Shown piece by piece: positions 32,001-40,681 of a DNA stretch of 64,000 nucleotides. Made by a program: the position numbers and the translations under genes. Every line of letters begins with the position of its first letter. Positions within the stretch are counted from its first letter, which is position 1. Below the pieces are notes generated by a model, which made no database searches, was not told the origin of the DNA, and worked only from the letters and a program-made list of their open reading frames with translations. This DNA is from Phormidesmis sp. GTDB taxonomy: Bacteria; Cyanobacteriota; Cyanobacteriia; Leptolyngbyales; Leptolyngbyaceae. Where the stretch lies: the NCBI GenBank assembly GCA_965248535.1, contig CBDFJR010000002.1, positions 448,001-512,000 on the forward strand, read 5' to 3'.

Positions 32001-33026
32001 TTAAGCTGTGTAAACGGTGCCCAGTCCGAGGGCGCTTAAACCTTTGCGATAAGCGATCGAGGTTCTATCAGCCCGAATGTGCGCTTCAGCGATCAGATCT
32101 AAAGGCAAATCTTCGGGATATTGGGCTTCTACCACTTCTTTATCTTCAGCAAACACCTGATAGTTAAATTCATAGACAGGTTCTAGGGGCATCTCGCGAT
32201 CGAAGTTGCGACAAATCGGGCAAAAAACGCGAGTCTTGCGGGCAGACACCGGAGAGGCAGCATTGAGAATGCACAATCGTCCATCACCAGGGAAGTGAAC
32301 CGTCAGCCGAGCCGTAAACGGAAAGTAAACATCAAAGACGCGCAGCCACTCAAAATCAGCAGGCGCGAGATCTTGCAGCCCTTTGGGAAAATTGCTGACG
32401 GTGCTGAGATATTCAACATGAACCCCGTTTTTGGTAGGATTCACGTCATAGCGAGGCACGATCGGGTTATTAGAATCTCCAAAGGTGTTGGTATGCACCC
32501 AGGCAAAATGCGCCACATCTAGAAACCCTTCCATCTGTCTACCTGCTGCCGCATTCAAATCGACGGCATCGGGCAAGATTTGCTGATAGCTGGCATCCTC
32601 CCATTCAAAAAATTCGGGTAATGGATATGCGCCGCCCGCTAAAGAAGTCCAAACTAGGCCATAGGCTTCTTGAACCGGATAGGTCTTGAGACAAAGTTTA
32701 GGCGGAATGCTAGCACCGGGCTGAGAAGGAATCAGCACACAGCGGCCATCGGCCGAATAGTGAAAGCCGTGATATTTACACACCAGTTGATCAGCGTGAA
32801 CCTGTCCCATGCTTAGAGGAATGCCGCGATGCAAACAGATGTCATTGGCCACCGACAGCCCTGACGTTGTTCGCCAGATGACGAGACGCTGATCGAGCAA
32901 AGTGGCTGAAACTGGCTCGTCTTTGACGCTGTGGCTAAAGGCGATCGGATACCAAAACTGAGACAGCACATCCCAATCAGGTTCAGCAAAGGTGCACCCT
33001 TTGGGGTAAGTCGTTGGATGGGTCAT
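32001..33026 (-). CDS. Rieske non-heme iron oxygenase alpha subunit (VanA-type, HpxD-like)
   Basis: Rieske CLH...CKYH; mononuclear Fe site DVAHFAWVH and FAED; N-terminal CTF..DW..L..FWYP. Confidence 0.9.
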   Translation of the reverse strand: MTHPTTYPKGCTFAEPDWDVLSQFWYPIAFSHSVKDEPVSATLLDQRLVIWRTTSGLSVANDICLHRGIPLSMGQVHADQLVCKYHGFHYSADGRCVLIPSQPGASIPPKLCLKTYPVQEAYGLVWTSLAGGAYPLPEFFEWEDASYQQILPDAVDLNAAAGRQMEGFLDVAHFAWVHTNTFGDSNNPIVPRYDVNPTKNGVHVEYLSTVSNFPKGLQDLAPADFEWLRVFDVYFPFTARLTVHFPGDGRLCILNAASPVSARKTRVFCPICRNFDREMPLEPVYEFNYQVFAEDKEVVEAQYPEDLPLDLIAEAHIRADRTSIAYRKGLSALGLGTVYTA

Positions 33027-33080
33027 CGTGATGAATATGACAATAGTCTGTAGGAGAGCAAAGCATTGATCAAACGATTA

Positions 33081-33533
33081 TCAAGGGGTCTTTTTCAGGT
33101 TTATCCCGTCGCTTATTTTGGCAGAAATCTCCTCAGGCGTGGGACTAAACATCTCTTTTTTGTTCATGAAAAACTGCTTCTTTTGCTCTGGCGTTAGGGA
33201 GGTCAAAAAGTCTTTTGCGGGCAGGGACTTGAATAGCGCCGCTAACTTCGTTTTTTGAGCCGGAGTTAGGGTAATAGATTTAAATGCTTTGCGTAGGCTG
33301 GTTTTGTTTTCTACAACGGCCGCTTCAAGTTGGGTGCGTTGCTCTGGGGTCAAAATGCTTTCAATCTGCTGCAAAAACTGCGCTTTTAGTTTCTCCATCA
33401 AATCGGCTGGTTTGTCAACGGTTGCAGTCCCAGCCGAGACAGCGACCAGAGATTGAGCGTGGGCAGTGTCTACGATAGCAAAGCTGACCAAAACTATCAA
33501 ACAAGCAACGATCGCGGTCAATAAGCGCTTCAT
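33081..33533 (-). CDS. Exported helical protein, Spy/CpxP-like
   Basis: Signal peptide ending AHA; repeated LTPEQ/LTPAQ motifs; GAGG RBS. Confidence 0.7.
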   Translation of the reverse strand: MKRLLTAIVACLIVLVSFAIVDTAHAQSLVAVSAGTATVDKPADLMEKLKAQFLQQIESILTPEQRTQLEAAVVENKTSLRKAFKSITLTPAQKTKLAALFKSLPAKDFLTSLTPEQKKQFFMNKKEMFSPTPEEISAKISDGINLKKTP

Positions 33534-33580
33534 AGTTTGGGTTCCTCTTGGCTGGGGTGATGGTTCAATAGCCTTTGCGC

Positions 33581-34366
33581 CTAAACCTTTGCAGGAGACA
33601 AATGGTGCTGCGTATAGGCTGCGATCGCCAACAGACTCACGGCTGACAGAGGCAAAATGAGACTCCACCAAGACTCTGCTAGCAGCACAAAAAACGCGGC
33701 CGCTAACCCTCCTAAGGCAAACCCTGTAATGACCGGAATAAACCGACTCATGCGCTCAAGGGCTTCCTCAGCTTCCTGTTTGGACTCACTTTGAGACGGA
33801 GACAACCGAGCACACAGAAACTGTACGAGGTCGATCGTCAGTTGCGTCGTGTTTCCGGTCATCACCGTGGTGGGAATGTAGCTTTTGAAGACTCCTTTCG
33901 CCTCCTTCATCAGGGCGTTTTGAATCGCCATTGCCACGACTCCTGCCATCCCGATCGGCAGAATATATTCTTCCTGTACGTCTAGCAGCAGCGCTGGCGA
34001 GAGACTGGTGCCAATGACTAAGAAAACCCCTAACGCGATCGCTTCTGCCGTTAAAAGAACTGCAAAAACTGACCACTGTTTGCGGCGGGCATAGCGGGCT
34101 AGCAGCGAAGTTAACGCAACGGTTAGCATGAAAGTAGGCAGCATCAACAGGCGGGTCAGCGTCGTCTCTGCGTCTGAACTCACAAAAGATGAGCCTGCTA
34201 GGGCAATGTTGCCCGTGACGTGAGCGGTGAAGATGCCAAACAAAATAATAAACGCTGATGTATCAACAAACCCCGCAACCCAACTGAGCATAAAGCCAGC
34301 AGGTGCATCGCTGATTAAGAAAGCGCTAAGACTAAAGGTGCGATCGCGACTTTGAACGACGGTCAT
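33581..34366 (-). CDS. YoaK/DUF1275 family membrane protein
   Basis: AGFVD, FTAHVTGN, AMAIQNA and TTVMTGN motifs; GGGGGAG RBS. Confidence 0.9.
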   Translation of the reverse strand: MTVVQSRDRTFSLSAFLISDAPAGFMLSWVAGFVDTSAFIILFGIFTAHVTGNIALAGSSFVSSDAETTLTRLLMLPTFMLTVALTSLLARYARRKQWSVFAVLLTAEAIALGVFLVIGTSLSPALLLDVQEEYILPIGMAGVVAMAIQNALMKEAKGVFKSYIPTTVMTGNTTQLTIDLVQFLCARLSPSQSESKQEAEEALERMSRFIPVITGFALGGLAAAFFVLLAESWWSLILPLSAVSLLAIAAYTQHHLSPAKV

Positions 34367-34491
34367 GACTCCCCCTGGTGCAGGTCTATATCGTGTGGGC
34401 AATCTGGATGATCAGCGTGTCAGAAAGGCTTGAAAAAGGAATGAGGGATGGAAATTAGGTTTCCACCTTTCGTCCCTCTTTCTAAAGTCCT

Positions 34492-34980
34492 CTACAGATC
34501 GGTTGCTTCGTCTGCTTTCGCCTCTACTGGTTTCGCTTTCGCCTCAGCTTTTGCCGCTTCCTTGAGTTTTTTGGCTTCCGCTTTGACTTTCTTCGCCTCA
34601 GCTTTGGTCGCCTCTTTGACTTTCTTTGCCTCAGCCTTTGCCGCTTCTTTGGCTTTCTTCGCCTCAGCCTTTGCTGCCTTCTTCGCGGCTTTTGCCTCAG
34701 CTTTCGCGGTTTCCTCGGCGGTTTTCTCTAGGTCTGCCGCTTTAGCTTCAACGGCTTTAGCATCCACTGCTTCAACGACTTCAGGAGCCTCGACAACGGC
34801 CTCAGCCACTAGCATTGATGCTGGACTGATGAAATCTTCGCTCTGAGACAGCCCAACTTGAACAAGTTTATCTGCCTGTGCTGCGCTGGGAGCGCCAACC
34901 AGCAAGCCTAAACAGAGTATAAGGGATAGAACAAATGCGTTAAATTTTGCGTTAAATTTGCGGTTCGTCAATTTAGCCAT
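34492..34980 (-). CDS. Exported Ala/Lys/Glu-rich repeat protein
   Basis: Signal peptide (AAQA); about 11-aa AKAEAKK(A/V)KEA repeats; GAGGA RBS. Confidence 0.8.
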   Translation of the reverse strand: MAKLTNRKFNAKFNAFVLSLILCLGLLVGAPSAAQADKLVQVGLSQSEDFISPASMLVAEAVVEAPEVVEAVDAKAVEAKAADLEKTAEETAKAEAKAAKKAAKAEAKKAKEAAKAEAKKVKEATKAEAKKVKAEAKKLKEAAKAEAKAKPVEAKADEATDL

Positions 34981-35011
34981 GAGTCATCAGTCCTCTCAAT
35001 TTCAAACCTGA

Positions 35012-36457
35012 TTAATCTGAAAAGCTCGACTGTTCAAGATGTTCAGCCGATTCTGCTAGGGCTTCCATTGTCGGGTTGAGCGGTGAGGGTTGGGGCAACA
35101 CCAGATTTAAGACCAGAGCACAAATAGAGCCTGTCGCAATTCCTGACTCTAAAATGGTGTGAATCAGAGGCGGGAAGGCTTTTAATGACTCAGGGGCAAA
35201 CGTCACACCCAAACCGAGTGACAGAGAAACCGCTAAAATCACGGTTGATCGATTGTCCATTGGAATCGATCGCAGAATGTTTAAACCCGCTACGGCAACG
35301 GTGCCAAACATCAGCATCACGGCTCCGCCGACGACGGGCATGGGAATGGTTCTGAGAACGCCGCCAATAATCGGAAACAATCCCAAAAACGACAAAATCG
35401 CTGCCACATAGTAACCAACGTAGCGACTGCCTACACCCGTTAGCTGAATGATGCCGTTGTTTTGAGCTAGGGTGACCACCGGAAACGTGCTGCAAATGGC
35501 AGCCATGAGCGAATTTACGCCATCGCCCAAAATCCCACCTTTGAGCCGTCGAAAAAAGATGGTGCCTGCGATCGGTTCACCTGTCACCATTGAGGTGGCG
35601 GTGATATCACCAATCACTTCTAGGGTCAGAGTTAGATAAATAATGGCGAACGGAATAAAAGTCGGAAGATCAAACGCTAAACCAAACCTGAAGGGAATGG
35701 GAAGATTAATGATCGGCAGAGTGCCAATGCTGCTGAAATTGATCAAGCCCATGAACAGCGAGATGACAAACCCGATCACCAAGCCAATGATGATGGAACC
35801 CATCTTCAAATATTTGTTAGAACTGGCGCTACAGAGGGCTACGATCGCAAACACGGTTCCCGATAGCCCCCAATTGGGTAGACTGCCCAAGGTCTTGGTT
35901 GCCAAGGCGGGGCCACCACCTGCCATATAAAACATGCCGACTTTGATCAGCGTTAGACCAATGAGAGTTACGGCAACGCCCGTCACCAGGGGAGTAAAGA
36001 TTTTACGGGTCAGGTGCAAAAAGCGGCTCATGATAATGGGAATAAATGAGCCAAAGAAACACATTCCCAACACCAACGCTAGGGCTTGTTCAGGAGTCTT
36101 TCCCTGGTCTAGTGACGAGTTAACCACGGCAAGAATCGCGCTCACAAACGCAAAACTTGTTCCTTGGATGCTGAGCAACCCCGACCCCAAGGGGCCGAAT
36201 GTGTAAGCTTGAATGAACGTGGCCACCCCAGAAACGAGGAGAGACATTCCTAGAATGTAGCTGGTTGTCGGAACGTCTAATTTCAGTGCTCCGGCGATGA
36301 TTAAGCCTGGGGTGACGATCGGGATAAAAATCGCGCAAACGTGCTGCAAGGCGACAAAAATTCCGTCTCCAATCGAGGGCTTATCATTTAAGCCATAGAG
36401 CAGTTTGGGAAGAGGAGCAGTCAGACTGCTTTCGGAGTGAGTATCTACATGGGTCAT
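35012..36457 (-). CDS. NCS2/NAT nucleobase (xanthine/urate-type) permease
   Basis: ALQH in TM1, QGTSFAF, NAT signature AQNNGIIQLTG, LGLFP. Confidence 0.93.
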   Translation of the reverse strand: MTHVDTHSESSLTAPLPKLLYGLNDKPSIGDGIFVALQHVCAIFIPIVTPGLIIAGALKLDVPTTSYILGMSLLVSGVATFIQAYTFGPLGSGLLSIQGTSFAFVSAILAVVNSSLDQGKTPEQALALVLGMCFFGSFIPIIMSRFLHLTRKIFTPLVTGVAVTLIGLTLIKVGMFYMAGGGPALATKTLGSLPNWGLSGTVFAIVALCSASSNKYLKMGSIIIGLVIGFVISLFMGLINFSSIGTLPIINLPIPFRFGLAFDLPTFIPFAIIYLTLTLEVIGDITATSMVTGEPIAGTIFFRRLKGGILGDGVNSLMAAICSTFPVVTLAQNNGIIQLTGVGSRYVGYYVAAILSFLGLFPIIGGVLRTIPMPVVGGAVMLMFGTVAVAGLNILRSIPMDNRSTVILAVSLSLGLGVTFAPESLKAFPPLIHTILESGIATGSICALVLNLVLPQPSPLNPTMEALAESAEHLEQSSFSD

Positions 36458-36549
36458 GGTTGAAGCCTCGGCTTTTCCTAAGGCAAAAGTTCAGGATGAT
36501 GCAAATAGTGAGTGAATGCTAGGGTGTTCGACCGGGCCGAACCTACTTC

Positions 36550-36598
36550 GTATACGGTATACAATTCAGTCATAACGCTTGCTGTGTCTGGCAATACA
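36550..36598 (-). promoter_or_regulatory. Putative NtcA-type promoter with an overlapping palindromic operator
   Basis: Minus strand TGTA-TTGCCAGA-CACA (36598-36583; one mismatch to GTA-N8-TAC); TACCGT -10-like box 24 nt downstream; GTATAC-N-GTATAC palindrome at 36550-36562. Confidence 0.55.
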
Positions 36599-36893
36599 TT
36601 CTAGACCTAGTTCAGTCTTACGATCGAGTTGTCCTTGGCTTCTGAGGAAATTTGGCGGTGCGTTAGAAACGAGACTTTTTGAACCCGATCGATATCGTTA
36701 GATAGAAATTTGAGACCTACAGAATAATTAAAACTAGGATTCTTTACGGATAGCTCGACGATTGTTTGAATTAATCTAAAGGACAAGAAATTTTAATTCT
36801 AAACTTAACCATCTCTCAGAACCAGCCTAAAAAATGAATGTCAAAAAAGTTGCTGTCTTGACTATGCTGGTACTGAAGCGACTGAGGTTTGAA

Positions 36894-38117
36894 ATGGTTC
36901 TAAAAACAGGTTCAACTCGATTTTTTGGGTTGCTATTTAGCTGTGGGGTCATTTGGGTTAGCTGCGATCGCCACCCAGTCGCTGCCTCACCTGCTCCGCT
37001 GCAACTAGCGCAATTTAATATCAGAATCCCCGGCATTAATATTCCTGGAATTCCGTCGGTTGATGGGGTGATCAAGGGCGCGATCGCTGACCAGATTACT
37101 CAGTCTTTGGGGCGCACCCTACAAACCGAAGCGCCGATTGCCTCCAGCGCCCAAGACACGTTTCCTACGGTTGCCCAACTTCCAGGCGGGACGTTTCGCC
37201 CCAGTGGTGATCTGCGCTCGATCGCGTCACAAATTCGCGCTAGCCGCAATGGGGCGGTCATGCTAGCGCCGGGTGACTATGCCATTCCAGTGGACGTATT
37301 TTGCATGAAACACGCGGCTTCTAGCCCTTCAGGACATCGCTATTTGCTGGCTCCCCTCAAGGGCAAATTGGCGGATGTGATCGTCGCTCTCAACTCGCGC
37401 ACAGTGGGGTCAAACCTGCCCCATCAGCAGTTGCAAGTGCTGTCGTGGAATTTGCAGGCAGGCATGAAATATGAGGAAATGACCCCAGAACTGCGAACGA
37501 TCGTCGATCAAGTTCTGCCAGACTTTAAACCCCGGTTCACCCGCAGCTTTTTAGAACAGATTGATGCTAGCTGGAGTCAACTTTCCAGCACGATTCCCGG
37601 TTTGCCGTCGATGGATTCTAGCCTCGATCGCTTGGGCAGCGTCGGCAAAACCGTGGTGACCCTCAAGCAAACCCGCGAAACACTGCTGCGCTATGGCAAT
37701 AACTATGAGTCGCTGTCTCGTGCTCTGGTTAATCAAGAGACTCGTGCTACCTCTGGCGAAACGCCTTGGAGTCGCATCAGCGATCGGGTTTATGCCCGCA
37801 TGGTGACCCAGGGCAACTACAGCACGCCTGCTCAACTGCAAGTGCGCGTTGTGAATGGAGTTAACGCGATCGTGCCGCAGCAAATTGCCTCCAGTCAAGG
37901 CATGGCTAGCATCATTCTCGCGGCTTCTCCCGTCCCGGTGAGTTTGACAAATCTGGTGGCCGATCCGCAAAACGCAGGCATCCAGCCCTTGTCAATGTCG
38001 CCCCAGCCGCCCAAACCCGACGAAGATGAAGACGAAAGCGGCTCTGGCACTCTAGAACTCAAGGGTGAAGGCTATACGGGGAATCAATCGCCGCCGCGAG
38101 GTCTGCCCCAAGTCTAA
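36894..38117 (+). CDS. Exported hypothetical protein
   Basis: Long ORF with signal-like N-terminus; VFCMKH and QVLSW motifs; start uncertain (36834/36894). Confidence 0.75.
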   Translation: MVLKTGSTRFFGLLFSCGVIWVSCDRHPVAASPAPLQLAQFNIRIPGINIPGIPSVDGVIKGAIADQITQSLGRTLQTEAPIASSAQDTFPTVAQLPGGTFRPSGDLRSIASQIRASRNGAVMLAPGDYAIPVDVFCMKHAASSPSGHRYLLAPLKGKLADVIVALNSRTVGSNLPHQQLQVLSWNLQAGMKYEEMTPELRTIVDQVLPDFKPRFTRSFLEQIDASWSQLSSTIPGLPSMDSSLDRLGSVGKTVVTLKQTRETLLRYGNNYESLSRALVNQETRATSGETPWSRISDRVYARMVTQGNYSTPAQLQVRVVNGVNAIVPQQIASSQGMASIILAASPVPVSLTNLVADPQNAGIQPLSMSPQPPKPDEDEDESGSGTLELKGEGYTGNQSPPRGLPQV

Positions 38118-38118
38118 A

Positions 38119-38727
38119 TTAAGGAAACTTTGCGCCCTGAGTTTCGCCGTGCTGGGTGCTAGCGTCATATTTTACGTGGTTTGCATCCAAGGTCGCCTGG
38201 GCTTGCTGCTGCACCTTCTTGGCTGACTCTAATAAGGCTGGACAAGAAGCCGCCTCCGGCAAGGCTTTGATCTTTGCTAGCAGATCTTTGCCTGCATCAA
38301 TGCTTAACTGTTGGTGCCCCGTCTCGTGGGTCTGCACCTTGGCCAAAAAAGCAGTCCACTTAGCTACCAAAGCCGGATCGGTGCCAGCAGGCGGGGCCCA
38401 TTGCGGTAAAACGAACTGCGTTGTAACGGTGACTTTGACCGACTTAATGCGACAACTCTTGCCTTTTTTGCCCCCGGACGTAAAGTTAGCCAAGGGGTTA
38501 GAAACCGTCTTGGCATCAAAGCGACGATTTTCTTTAGCGCTGAAGGGGCCTAGCTGATTCATCTGCGATCGTAGCTCGGCCGCTGTCGAGCCTTTAATCA
38601 CATAGGGGGCTGGGGTGGGCGGTGACACCACCAAATCTGGATCGTCTGCCCAGGCCGCGATCGCCCCCCAACCAAGAAAAGCCGGAGTTAGAGATAGAGC
38701 GATCGCGATCACAGATTGAGTAGACAT
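38119..38727 (-). CDS. DUF922-like secreted Zn-dependent protease
   Basis: Signal peptide; YVIKGST..EL..QM...GP; LPQW; HETGH (HExxH); YD..TQHG.TQG. Confidence 0.85.
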   Translation of the reverse strand: MSTQSVIAIALSLTPAFLGWGAIAAWADDPDLVVSPPTPAPYVIKGSTAAELRSQMNQLGPFSAKENRRFDAKTVSNPLANFTSGGKKGKSCRIKSVKVTVTTQFVLPQWAPPAGTDPALVAKWTAFLAKVQTHETGHQQLSIDAGKDLLAKIKALPEAASCPALLESAKKVQQQAQATLDANHVKYDASTQHGETQGAKFP

Positions 38728-38877
38728 GGGCTGCGATTAATCAATGATTGTTCTATCAAAGCACACCGCTATCTACTTAGTGCCAGATTTACGCTAGCAT
38801 TCTCTTGATGAATCGCGAAATGACAGCCGTCCGAATCCTCTAAGATTTATATCGCTTAGACATTTAACAACACACTA

Positions 38878-39408
38878 TTGAATCACTCTCAGACGAATTT
38901 GAATCAAGTCAACAAACCGGATATTGGCTATCTGCCAACGCCGCAGACAACGGTTGAAGCGATGCTGTCGTTAGGGAACGTGAATGAGTCTGACCTGCTC
39001 TATGACTTGGGAAGTGGAGACGGACGGATCTTAATCACGGCTGCTCAAAAGTTCGGCACTCGTGGAGTAGGGATTGATATTGATCCATTGCGGATTGGTC
39101 AAGCGATCGCCCAAGCTAACCAAGCAAATGTCAGCGATCGGGTCACATTCCTTCAGCAAAATCTCTTTGAAAGCGATTTTTATGAGGCCACGATCGTGGT
39201 GCTTTATTTGCTGCCTCACTTGAATCTCAGGCTTCGACCCAGACTCTTAGAGCACCTAAAACCAGGGACACGAATTCTCTCTCACAGCTTTGACATGGGC
39301 GACTGGCTGCCCGATCAAGTTCAGAGCGTAGAGTCTCCAGAGGAAAGCTCAACGATTTATCTGTGGGTCATTCCTGACGAGATTCCAGACTATTTGCGAT
39401 CGCCCTAG
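38878..39408 (+). CDS. Class I SAM-dependent methyltransferase
   Basis: YLPTP...LYDLGSGDGRI...GVGIDID motifs. Confidence 0.9.
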   Translation: MNHSQTNLNQVNKPDIGYLPTPQTTVEAMLSLGNVNESDLLYDLGSGDGRILITAAQKFGTRGVGIDIDPLRIGQAIAQANQANVSDRVTFLQQNLFESDFYEATIVVLYLLPHLNLRLRPRLLEHLKPGTRILSHSFDMGDWLPDQVQSVESPEESSTIYLWVIPDEIPDYLRSP

Positions 39409-39683
39409 CCTTCAACCGCGATCACCGACTCGATCAGGGCTTCGGCACTGGTGCTATATTCCCGATCGCTGATCCAATCTAGGTCGAGCCATTCTTCGAC
39501 GACATCAAGCAGCGCTCTCACGGCCAAATCACGCCGAATCAGTTCTACGATCGCATCCCAAGCAGCCGTTGCCGTGGGGAAAAATCCCATCTCTACGCGA
39601 TACCCGGCTGAGTGCCACCAAATGCCGACCCAGCCTGAGTTTTCTTGAGTCAGTTCGATTTGTTGTCCAAGATAGTGCATCAT
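39405..39683 (-). CDS. Hypothetical protein
   Basis: About 92-aa ORF converging on the methyltransferase gene. Confidence 0.55.
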   Translation of the reverse strand: MMHYLGQQIELTQENSGWVGIWWHSAGYRVEMGFFPTATAAWDAIVELIRRDLAVRALLDVVEEWLDLDWISDREYSTSAEALIESVIAVEG

Positions 39684-39805
39684 AGGTCTGATCAAAGAGA
39701 CTGAATAGCATCAGGATAGGCAGTTTAATCAGGGTTAACATCTGTCCAAGAAGCGGAATCTCGCACTGTTATCTCATTCCATCGGAGTAAAACATCGAAA
39801 GGAGG

Positions 39806-39974
39806 CAGAAAACTCGGAGGTTTACGCAAGAATTCCGCATTTGAACTTAATGTTTGTCTCAAACCTCCGAGTTTTGTATACGCGAAAACTCGGAGGTTTA
39901 CACAGAAAACTCGGAGGTTTACGCAAGAATTCCGTTTGAACTTAATGTTTGTCTCAAACCTCCGAGTTTTGTAT
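39806..39974. repeat. Composite inverted-repeat element (REP/MITE-like): five copies of a 15-nt arm
   Basis: AAAACTCGGAGGTTT at 39809, 39885, 39906; reverse complement at 39861, 39956; near-identical 37/35-nt spacers. Confidence 0.9.
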
Positions 39975-40319
39975 TTAGAGGGTTTGTTCGTTCCAACGCA
40001 CCGTTAAGACCACTGAGTCTGTTTCAGCTAGCCAAGTGTGGGCCGTGTTGGGCAACCAGAGGGCATAGTCACCCGGCGTAGACAGCCAGACTTGGCGATC
40101 GGGAAATGTTAATAAAAACCGTCCGCTCACCAACACAGAAAGCGTCGTGGTGTCGGCAGGCGGTGACCACTGCGATCGGGCCTCTCCAGCCCTATGAGTG
40201 CCCCATTTGACTTCTAAACGGTCGGTCGATCGGGGGTCATCAGGCGTGATGAACTTGCCGACAAACCATCCCCAGTGGGTTTCTCCATCAATTTGAGCGT
40301 TGCCCGTGGTGACTGACAT
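39975..40319 (-). CDS. Small cupin-fold protein
   Basis: GWFVG...EVKWG.H..GE...LSVLVSGRF...PGDYALW...HTW.A pattern. Confidence 0.75.
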   Translation of the reverse strand: MSVTTGNAQIDGETHWGWFVGKFITPDDPRSTDRLEVKWGTHRAGEARSQWSPPADTTTLSVLVSGRFLLTFPDRQVWLSTPGDYALWLPNTAHTWLAETDSVVLTVRWNEQTL

Positions 40320-40681
40320 GAGGACGAAAATTGAATCGGTGAACCGCTAAATTTTGCAAAAATTAATAAAAGCAAAACTTTTTTCTGTCTTTAGAATGAT
40401 GCAGAAATTGAGATAGGATCTAAGAAAGAAAAGTTTTTTGACAACCTATTCTTAAACAACTCAACGTCTCACCAGATATTGAGAAAAGTTTGCGTTGTCT
40501 CCTATTGTTAAGTACGATTTCGCAAACGTTCTTAACAGTCATTTTTTAAGGCGATCGTCCCTTTGTGATCACGCCGTCATCAGATTAAACAACTTCCTCT
40601 CCATCCTGAAGGTTCTAGCCAATGAGATTACTCGGTAGATGCCTAGAAAACGATTGCTCGGCTGATATGGGGTCTATTGCA

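Noticed and set aside
34448..34846. 132-aa Ala/Phe/Ser-rich plus-strand ORF
   Set aside because: Antisense shadow of the AKE-repeat gene
36458..36830. Purine or xanthine (NMT1) riboswitch upstream of the NCS2 permease
   Set aside because: No recognisable consensus by eye, only a small hairpin; an Infernal scan would be needed
39806..39974. Possible mini CRISPR array
   Set aside because: Repeats alternate in orientation, the spacers are copies of each other, and no cas genes are present
39854..40081. 75-aa ORF with ENSEV repeats
   Set aside because: Translation of the DNA repeat element; overlaps the cupin gene in antisense
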